Shown piece after piece: positions 24,001-34,515 of a DNA stretch of 64,000 nucleotides. A program made the translations under genes and the position numbers. The notes below the pieces were generated by a model that made no database searches, was not told where the DNA came from, and saw only the letters and a list, made by a program, of their open reading frames with translations. The first letter of the stretch is position 1. Every line of letters starts with the position of its first letter. This stretch comes from Caecitellus pseudoparvulus (taxonomy: Eukaryota; Protista; Bigyra: Bicosoecida), in the NCBI GenBank assembly GCA_965644315.1, contig CBFFRQ010000018.1, positions 620,001 to 684,000 on the forward strand. Reading direction: 5' to 3'.

Positions 24001-27000
24001 CGGGGCTGGGAGCATCATACTATCGGGGGGAGGTGATCTTGCTCCCGGTGGCTCAAACTCTGCGGGGGCTGTGAGCGTAGTGGGTGGGTTTGGCACGGAC
24101 AGTGCGGGAGGACAGGTGGTGCTATCTGCAGGAGCCAGTACTGCAAGCACAGGTGCAACAGGAGTCGGTGGTGCACTTTCTCTGTTCTCGGGAGAAGGCC
24201 ACTCTGCTGGTGGCGACATTACCATTCGTGCTTCTCGAGCAGCTGCCGGAACTTCGCAAGGAACCGTCAGCCTCCAGGCATGGGATCCGACGGCCGGAGC
24301 TGGGGACACGGGAGAGTACGTGCCATTCGTCAAGGTGGAGTCTGACGGGGCACTTTCACTGAAGACTGCAGAAGGCAAGGACATAAGTATACAGGCAGTT
24401 ACTGATGTCGCACAGCCAGTCGCTTCTGTGCTGCTGGAGAGTGGTGCACATGGCGGCCACGTACAGCTCTCCACGCCCGCGGGCGCCGTGTCCATTGCTG
24501 CGCAAACGGGCATTGACGCCACAGCCCAAACGGGAGCAATCTACTTTTCGGCAGGGAGCCTTTCCGATGCCTCCGCTGGGTTTCAGGCAGAGGTCCTAGG
24601 GGACATCAGCTTGAGCGCGGGGGTGGACGGGGTTGGCTCACTCGCACTCTCTGCAGGCTCATCTCTCAGAATGGAAGCCAACTCGGGCGACATCTCCTCA
24701 TTGAGCTCCACAGCGTCGACTTTCATTCTCGTTGGAAGTAGTGGCAGCTCGACCACTAAGTCGCTGACGCTAGGGGCGCACGCCAGCGACACCTCCGGCG
24801 CCAGCGTCTCAGTTCGAGGCGGAGTTGGCGCCACTGTCGGAGGCGCTGTCAGTGTTGTCGCCGGTGCGGGGTCTGGAGCAAGTACCGATGGAGGGGCTAT
24901 TCTCTTGTCCTCAGGTCAAGCTGGGGGGGCCTCCTCGATGGGGGGGGCACTGAGCTTGCTTGCTGGTCACGGGTCTGCAGCTGGCGCCGGGGGAGCGGCG
25001 TGGCTGCAGTCGGGGTCTGCCACATCAGACGGGCTGGCAGGCGGCGAATTGCACGTCCAGGCAGGGGAGGGGTTCAATGGTGCTGGTGGGTCTGTTTCTA
25101 TCGCTGGAGGGGGCACTGCCGGCCCAGGCGCTGTGGGAGACGGTGGCTCGGTCACCGTGCGAGGCGGTGGAACGACGGACTCTGCATCTAGCCTGGCGAA
25201 CGCTGCAGGAGGAAGTGTATCTATCATCGCGGGGGCTGGTACCACATCAGATGGAACCGTGCAAGTACAAAGCGCCAGGCAGGCGGGCTCTGCAGAGTTT
25301 GGATTGCAAGTGAGCTCAGGCTCAACAGTTGTGGGTGGGGGGAGCATTAGCGTTCTTGCGGGCACTGATTCCACCGTCTCTGATGGCAAGCTTTTCCTCG
25401 CTTCCGGCCTCGGCCAAGACGTCCACGTTCACGGGGCTTCGTGGCTCGCGGGTGCCGTGGGAGACATTGAGCTGTCAGGTGGGGGGGGGGGTGCCCTCGG
25501 AGGTTCTGTAAGCCTGATTGGCGGTGGGAGCACCACCGTTGCTGGGCACATTTTCCTGTCCGGTGGCACGGCAAGTCTGGGAACGGGGGCGGCGGGCGGA
25601 GTGAGTGTTTTGGGTGGTGATGCTGTGGTTGTAGATGGTCCGGCAGGCTCGCTGCTCCTCTCAGGGGGTGAAGGAACGGGCGGTGGCGCCGGGTCAGGAG
25701 GCGGACATATCTCAATAGTTGCCGGCACAGCTGCCGGTAGCACTGCTACGGCAGTTGGCGGAAACGTTGTTGTGAAAGGCGGCTTCAATACTGGAGTTGC
25801 ATCTGGGCGGCAGGCAGGCAATGTGATTCTCAGCACTGGAGAAGATTCAAGTGGGGGCGGCCAGCATGGAGCGGTGCAAGTAAAGTATGTTGGAGATGTC
25901 ACTGCCATCGAAGTGACGCACCAGAGCACTGTCGTTGAAGGGCGCACGCTAGAACTGGGGTCGACGGCCGAGGATGTGCTGGTACGCTCTGCTGATGTCG
26001 TCGGGCGAGGTATCAAAGTGCATGCCGGGGGGGCGGCGACGCCACCGACTCGAGGTGGGTACGTCGACATTGCCGCTGCGCCAGGAGACGGCGTACCAGG
26101 TGGGGCCGTGTCCATCACGGCTGGAAGCTCAGATGCAGGAGGGGCTGCAGGGGGGAGGGTCGTCATTACGTCTGGCACAGGTGTCGCACCGGGAGCAACT
26201 TCTGGTGGGATTGCTCTCACAAGCGCAGACTCGGGGGCCAGTGGTAGCTCGGGAGACCTTACCGTTGCTTCGGGCAGTGCTGCAGGCGCTGCGGAGGCGA
26301 GCGGAAACATCATCCTTCAAACAGGAAGCGCGTCAAGCACCGCAGCTGCAGGCCATGTGTCTGTCCTTGCGGGTGTGTCCACTGGGGGTACAGGGGGCTC
26401 AGTGTTCCTTTCAGCGGGCGCTGGAGCAGTGGATGGCAGCGTTTCTGTACGAGATGCACAAGGGGAGGATGTTGTGGTTGTAACCTCTACATCCTTTACG
26501 GTACAGCAGCAGCAAGTGTCTTTCTCCACCACCAGCGGTCCACTCTCAGCAGCTACCCACACTGGTCAGACGCTGAGCATCCTTGGGGGAGGCGGTCCCG
26601 CGGCAACGTCAGGAGGGCACGTCATCATCCGCAGCGGCGCGCACACTTCCGGAAGCAGTGCAGGTTCCATTAGCATCACAGCTGGTGATAACTCTCACTC
26701 CGCCGGGACACCCTCTGGAGGCCACGTTGTCCTGGCGGGAGGCGCGTCAACCGCGCCAGCTGCGACCTCGGCGGAAGGCGGGTCAGTCTCGCTGCTAGGA
26801 GGAAGTGGTGTGCACCAGGGTGGAGGTGTGCATGTGGCTGGTGGTGGCTCATCAGGGCACATTCAGGCTGGCCACGTCACGGTGGTCAGTGGGGAGGGGA
26901 GTGGAGCAGGCGCGGCAGGGCACCTGTCTCTCATTGCTGGAGGCGCCGTGAGCGGGGAAGCTGGCAGCATCGTGCTGAGCGCAGGGACGTCAACCTCCGG

Positions 27001-30000
27001 TGCGAATGGAAGAGCCCACATTTTCTCCGGGACGGGTCGGAAGGTGGTGGAGGTTTTTGATGGGAGCGTCACGCTGAGCTCTGGCGAAGTTAGCATCGCC
27101 TCCGACACGGGTGACATCACCATCCAAGCGCAGGCAGCACAGGAACTGAAGCTCATCGGAGAAATCGGGACCGGAGCAGCTGGCGGGGGAATCTTGATGA
27201 AGGCTGGGAACAGCGACCTTAGCGCGGGACATGTTTCGATACTCAGCGGGGACAGCTCCCACGCGACGGGTGCCGGGCCTCTGGTGCTCTCGGCCGGAAC
27301 TGCGACGGCGTCCAATGCCCAGGGCGGCGACATTCACATTATGGCAGGTGAGTCCACCAGTGCTGTTGATAGTGTGGGTGGTCATTTGGTGTTGAAGGGT
27401 GGCAGGTCAGGCGCCAACGGTGTCCTGGGGCCAGGTGTATCTGCTGGGCATGTGAGCATCGTGGGTGGCAGCTCAGTGCACGACGCCCCAGCTGGGCGAG
27501 TCCTCATCGCTGCAGGTGAATGTGAGGGATCAGGGGTGCCCACGTGCAATGGTGGAGATGTCATTCTCAGTGCAACACAGCGCGCTTCGTCCGGAACACT
27601 GGATGGCAAAGTGCAGCTGTTCTCCGGCGACGGAACCTTGGCGTTTGAAGCAGACTCTCTGACACACTCCACAACTATTCATGAGAGTCATATTCAAATC
27701 CATGGAGGACAAAGCGTGTCCATCATGTCAGATGATAGCGCGTCGTCCCTGCCAGGGAAGGTGCTGCTGAGCAGTGGGGAAGGAAGCGCCCCCTTCGGAG
27801 GGGGTCCCATCGAAGTGCTAGGCGGCAGAGGGGGTGGAGATGGCGGTTGGGCAGCGCTGAGAGGTGGTCCATCTTCCACTGCTATTGGAGGGGCAGTGTC
27901 TGTCACTGCCGGTGCTGGTAGCACTGCTGCCGGCCGCGGTGGGCACGTACTTGTGCAAGGCGGGCAAGGCAGCGCGTCGAGCAGTGGGGGTGGCGCGGTC
28001 AGCATCCTGGGAGGCGAAGCGCTTGGGGGGAGCGGTGGTGACGTCATTCTACGGGCTGCTACTGGTGTGGGAGCAAACGGCGCTATTCGCGCGCAAGATG
28101 CCGGGGGCAACCTCGGCCTGCTCGTTGAAAATGGCCAGACGCAGGTTGCAGGCACACAAACGCTCATCCGCCCTCTAAATGGAGATGTGATGGTCAGAAC
28201 GGGCCAAGGGCACGACATTGCTCTGGATTTCTATGATGCAACCGCTGGTGAGATCACGATGACAGCTGGAGGCAGTGCTGCTGGAACTGCCGGCGGTGTG
28301 ACCATCACGGGCGGCGAGGCGACGAGCGCTGCAGCAACAAGCGGCAGCGTGGTGCTGCAGCCTGGCCTCCCCGGGGCTGGCTCATCGGGCTCTGTGATCC
28401 TAAGGAATGCGCATGGGTCGGCTGCGTCTGCACTTGTGCTGTCACCCGGGTCGACCCTTCTTTCGTCGGATGCCAGCACGCGGGTGGCCTCTGCGCCTGG
28501 CTCCCCAGTTACCATCGCTGCCGGTGGTGGGACAGGCACAGCGAGCCTTGGAAGTCACCTGATATTTGAAGCAGGGGGAAGCTCAGTGGCAGCAGGTTCA
28601 GTATCGATCACTGCTGGGGACGGGGGCAGCGCGGGAGGTAGCGTTGACGTTTGGGCCGGAAGCGGAACGACACCTGGCCGAGTCCGTTTGCTGGAAAGCG
28701 ACGGCTTGTCCGCGTCCGTGACCGTGGAGGATGGTTTGACAACCATAAACGGAGATGCAGTCCTCATTGACTCTGCAGGTTCTGGTGCAGGCCAGGTAAG
28801 CATTACCACCGCCGCGTTGCCTGGCAGCGTAGTGTCCATTGAAGCAGGTCGAGGGCGCCTGGGCTCCAATGGCGGTGCAGTGGCTATACACGCCGGCAAG
28901 AGCACGTCAGGCGGGGTTCCTGCTGGTGCAGTACTGATCGAAGGTGGCGAGGCAGCAAGCGGTGATGTGGGAGAAACAGGGGGCGCTGTGACATTGTCAG
29001 GCGGCGCGTCCACTGCAGTCGGAGGTCCGGCGGTGGTCAGCGGCGGCGACTCCACCACTGACTCAGGAAGTGGGGGGCATGTATCCTTACTCTCCGGAGC
29101 TGGCGGAAGGGACGGGGTGGGCGGAAACGTCATCTTGCTCGCTGAGGGGGGAGCAACATCCCCTGCCAGTGGCAATGGAAATGGCGGCCATGTCTCCATT
29201 ACTGCGGGCGCTGGCACTGGGACAGGCACAGCGGGACTCGTGACCATTAGAGCCGGCGCTGATGGCACTCCAGCTGGCGGAGCCTTGCGACTCCAATCAG
29301 GTGATGGCTCGAGTTCGCAGCTCCAAATGACGAACACGGAGGTGTCCATAAACACGCCCACGGCCACGCTGCAGACCTCCACAGGAATCTTGAGACTTCA
29401 AAGTGCAGAGGGGAGCTATGTGCGCCTTATTGCAGGCAATGAGGCCACTGGAGCAAACGGTGGAGATGTCGAAATCCTTTCTGGAAGGTCCACATCGGCG
29501 GCTGGGGGCGCGGTAAGCGTTGTGGGAGGTCCGTCCACCACAGCTGCAGGGGGGGCAGTGGCATTGGCAGGAGGGCAAGGCGCGGGATCGGGTGGACAAA
29601 TCAGCATGACTGGTGGGAGTGGCAGGGGAGGTGGGGAACACGGAGGAAATCTCGCTCTGAATGGTGGGGCGGGCGCAGGTGGAGCCGAAGGTGGAGATGT
29701 CAGCATCACATCCGGTGCCGCGGCAGGCGCAGCACGATCGGGCAGCATCTTCCTTTCCACTGCCGCAACACTTGGGACAGGAGATACTGGGAATGTCGTT
29801 CTTCAGACGGGTTCGCCAACAGCTGGTCATTCGGGGCACATGAGCATCTTGACTGGCGTTGCGAGCGCCGGAGACGAGGCAGGCAACATCATGTTGCAGC
29901 CTGGTCAGGCAGACGCAGTTCCACAGCACGGGAAAGTCGTAGTGCTTGATGCTGCAGGGACAGTTGCTTTGAGCGTGAGCAGTGGCACGACCGAGGTTTC

Positions 30001-33000
30001 TGCGTCAAGCCTGTTGAAGCTTGGCTCGACACTGCACGTTGAGGCGACTGCAGGTCTCGCAGGGCACGTGTCCATCGTGTCTGGATCTACAGGCACCGTG
30101 CTGCTCTCCAGTGCTGGAACACCTGGAGGGACAGCTGGACCAATCTCCATCGTGCCTGGTGCTGGAGTTGTCGGGGGCAGCCTGACAATAGGCTCGGGAA
30201 ACGGGGATGCCCCCACAGGCAACAGCGGAGAGGTGGTTGTCAAAACAGGCACAGCTACTGGAAATGCTGGCACACTTCTTCTGAGTGGAGGGCACTCGAC
30301 GTTTGCCGGTGCTGGCCCTCTAGGGGTGGCGTACTCTGCTGGAACCGTGAGCATTCTAGGGGGGGCAGCAGCAGACAACCCAAACTCGGGAGCGAACCTG
30401 GACAGTGCGGGGGGCGACATTGTCCTGTCTGCAGGTTCGGCGGCTGGTGACGAAGCCAGTGCAAGGGGTGGTCATGTTTCTATCCTCTCAGGGCAAGGCA
30501 CAGCTGCAGGGAGTCTGGTCTTGTCGGCCACCGGTGCTAGTGGGAACGCTGTCGTTGCCTCGCAGGCATCCACATCCATCGGCGGCTCTGAAATACTCCT
30601 GAGTAGTGCAACGGGCCCAGTGCAAGCCAGGTCTGTGGGGGGGCAAGCTGTGTCTATCTTGGGTGGTGGTGGCCCTGCTGGGGTCGTGGGGGGTAATGTG
30701 GTTCTGGAGGCCGGCGGCCATGGATCTGGGTCGGGAGGGGACATCGAAATAAACGGTGGATCCTCCTCTGCGACGGCATTCAGCGGAGGAGACGTCAGTA
30801 TCTCCGCTGGATCTTCCAGCGCGGTGTCAAGTGGGACGGGCGGTGCACTTGCTTTGCAAAGTGGCGATGGTTCTGGCACAGGGGCAGCGTCCGGGCCGGT
30901 GTCGCTAAAGAGTGGAAATGTCGCCACCGGCACTGTTGGGGAGGTGCTCATTTCTGCTGGGACAGCAACTTCGAGCGGAAGTGCTGGAAGCATCAGCCTT
31001 GTCGCCGGGGCTGCCCCCACTGCTGGGAACGACGGCAGCATCATCTTGAGTCTTGCAGGTGGCGTTGCAAGGGACGGGGCAGTGTCCATTCGTACGCCCA
31101 GCACCACTGTCTTTCAAGCAGAGCATGCCTTCACGACTGTGCAGGGACCAAAAGCTGATATCGTGACTACAGATGCGGGTGACGGTGCCCTGACACTCAC
31201 ATCAGCAGCCTCACAGCCTGTCCGCATCCATGGAGGGGGAGGGCTCAGTGGGACTATCGGAGGAGCAGTTGAGCTTGTGGCTGGGGCCCATGCCTCAGCC
31301 GCGGCCAGCGATGTGTCCATCTCTGGCGGGCGCTTTACAGGCACAGGGGCCTCCGCCGGAGGCGCAGTTGTGTTGCGTGGGGGTGCTGCGACAACTGGCA
31401 GCACTGGTGGCTTTGCCACGCTTGGAGGAGGAACGGGAAATGCCGGCGGGGATGCAAAGGTCGAAGGCGGCGCAGGAGTTGTGGGATCAGGGGGCACCGT
31501 ACAAGTCGAAGGCGGCACTTCCCCGTCCCAGGGCGGTGCTGTCGACGTTCGAGGTGGCTCGGGAACGGGTGGCGGGCTTGGAGGTCATGTACGACTCTTT
31601 GCTGGTTCGGGCTCGACAAGCGGTGACGTTCAAGTGCACCGAGTGGCTTCCCATGACGCGAGCACGCTCGCTTTGGAAGTATCCGACCTCAGGACTACCC
31701 TGGCGGGGCAGCATGCGCTGATCCAGGGACTGAATGGTGGCTCCGCTGAGCTCCGGGGCCCTGAACAGGGCTCTGTCCTACTCTCCGTCGTCGACACCAG
31801 CGCAGGTGGTGCTGGCCAAGGCATCAAACTGGCTGCGGGCGCACGCAGTGGCTCATCAACCTCTGGTGGGACCCTCGAGCTGCTAGCGGGCAGCGGGGCT
31901 GGCCACGCTTCTTCTCAGGGAGGAGATCTGATCGCTTCGGCTGGATCAAGTGAACAGTCCAGCGGCGGTGTGGTCGAAATCACTGGTGGGGCTGGTGGCT
32001 CTGGCTCAGGAAGTGGACAAGGCGGAATAGTGTCTATAACAGGTGGTGCTGGAGGCTCAGCGACAGCTGCCGGGACACTCAGCGCGGGGCATGTGCTTTT
32101 GCAAGGAGGGCCGGCGTCCAATACCGCGAACGGCGGAAGCATATCGCTTCTTGCCTCTTCGGGGCACAGCTCTGGAAATGGTGGCTCTGTCTTGGTAGCT
32201 GCAGCCCCGGGTGCAGGTGGAGATGGCACAGTGATCGTCAGAACGGGTGCTGGGCGGGATGCAGTGCTTGTTACTTCGACAGACCTCTCGTTCGCCAGCG
32301 ACACCATCAGCATTCAAGCGGATGGCGTCAGTACAGGCACAGTCACACTGTCATCAGGTGGCGCTTCGGCTCTTTCGCTGCTGGCGGGCCCTGGAGCACC
32401 AGGGGTCAACGGTGGCTCTGTTTCCATCATGGCTGGGAACAGCCTCGGTGCTGATGCTGCAAGCCATGGTGGCAGCTTGCAGCTGAATGCTGGAGCTGGC
32501 AGTGCTGCGAACGACGGCGGCCAGGTTGCACTGGAGGCTGGTTCTGGACGAAATGGGGGGGCGGTGTCCATTCAGGCGGGAACTGGCACGAGCACGGCAG
32601 GTCAAGTGCATCTCTCCGCAGGGTCTGTGGGAGGTCGATCTGGGGCAGACCTGGAACTGGGTGGCGCGCATCCCGGAGACGCGAGCGACGGTGATATCAC
32701 CTTGCAAGCAGGCGGTGGGGGCGGAGCAGCCGGTGGTGACATGTTCTTGCTGACTGGTGCAGGCTCCAGTCAAGGCTCCTTCATGTTGTCGATTGGATCT
32801 GAGACCACTGCCCGCATCGCTGCAACTGAGTCATCCACCGCCATTGGTTCCAGCACGATTGGTGGTGGTCTATCTCTCACATCTAGGGACTCTCTTGGGA
32901 GTACGCTTGCTCTGAGCGCCGGCTCAAATAGCGGTTCGTTTGGATCTGCCGTGAGCCTCACTGCAGGGCGGGGATCTGGCGCAGTGGATGGCGGTAGTGT

Positions 33001-33817
33001 AAGCATTTTAGCAGGAAATGGACACGCTGGCTCTGACGGCGGAGACGTTGAACTGCGGGCAGGCTCTGGTACTACCAACGGCCAAGTACGAATGTTGGAT
33101 GGTGCTGGCAGCACAGTGCAGGCTTTCGGCAGCGACAGCTGGGCTGTAACAAGCCAGGGAACGGTCTCCATTTTCAGTCACGATGGGGACGGCATAAACA
33201 TAGCTGCAGGTCAATCCTCTGGGGTCACCCCAAGCACTGGGGGGGGAGTTTCGCTTGCAGCTGAAGATGGCAGCACCCTGGGCGGCTCTATTTCCTTGCA
33301 AGCTGGCAACAATGGAGGGTCCGTCGTGATTGCGCCTGGATCGTCGGGTTCAGTTGAGGTAAAGTCCTCTGATGGAACTGCAGCCATAAGAGTGAAATCC
33401 GATGACACCCTTGAGTTTTTGAAGCCCATTACGTTTACTGGTGGTGCTGAGCTATCTGCCAGTGGTCCCATGTCGACTCACGGTGTGCTGAAAATCCCGT
33501 CTCAAGAGACTCCAGGCACGGCATACACCATTTTCGATGTCGCCACCCGAGGCGCGCATACCGCCCTTTCTCCCTTCGATGTCAGAAACACGCTTGTGCT
33601 GCGCATATTTAACAATGGGCCAAGTGGTGGGTCTGAGAATGTCCACCTGCTGTGTGATGATGGGCAGTTGTTGTACGTGCTGAATGAGGACGTGGACACG
33701 CTCGTTATCAGCCGCCAGACATGCGGAGCACCTCTGGCTGTGCACGACACCTTTACGTATAACGTAGCACCGACTTCTATCGGTTTGTACTTTTGTAACT
33801 GTCCTTCTGTGCGATGA
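21063..33817 (+). CDS. Giant secreted protein (about 4,170 aa): N-terminal mastigoneme-type EGF module plus long Gly-rich beta-repeat fibre
   Basis: Signal peptide [19 protein letters not shown]. Three small exons encode [32 protein letters not shown] and [14 protein letters not shown]. They splice into a 3,996-codon exon (CPVGDNP...[16 protein letters not shown], then many GGxVx[IL]xxG repeats). Confidence 0.85.
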
Positions 33818-34515
33818 GGGAGCACGTGGAAGCCCTCACAGTTCACGGGTCGAGTCCGATGGGGGTCTACTGCTTGGATCACCCACAGCCCTGCATTAAG
33901 TGTGCGGCTGATCTTCTGGTGTAGCTACCTCCCTCTCCATACTGCGACCTCCCTACAGTGCACTGAAGTGCATGTGGCTCTGCTTGGAAGGCCGAAGCTT
34001 TTTCTGAGGATGTTGGTCGCCCAGTTGACCTTGGCTGCACGTCAGGCAAATCGGAAGGAAGAGCTATTTCTCACGAGCATAATCAACACCACACTACGCC
34101 CCAAAGTTTCGAGCAGTGGCCACATCTTTGTTCCCCCCAGCTCTGCTCCAGCATCTCTTGGCAGCAGGCAGTGTTCGTCCGCGGAGCAGGACCAAGGGCT
34201 GCGCACTCCCTCTGATCTGGCCAATCTCAGAGACTGCGAGAGGTTCTTCCAAAGCCCACGGAAGCAGTTTTGTCGCAAGCGTGCAAAGCAAGGGATGATG
34301 CAGTTAGTATGGAATTCATTTCCAAGGTCTGTTGCGCGGCTAAGGTCGATTCCTTTGCAGCGGGGCCTGGCACGCATACGTGCGTGCTCTGCGGAAATTG
34401 GTGCACACTCCACGCTCCCCCCTCGCCTTCTGAGCCACTTTGCAGGTAACACAAAGCGGAGCACCACCATCGCCTGTCATCATGTCTGATGCTAGGTCTG
34501 CCTTTAGCGGTGTCC

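Noticed and set aside
25478-25492. Poly-G tract as a regulatory or slippage element
   Set aside because: It encodes a Gly run inside the open frame of the giant protein.
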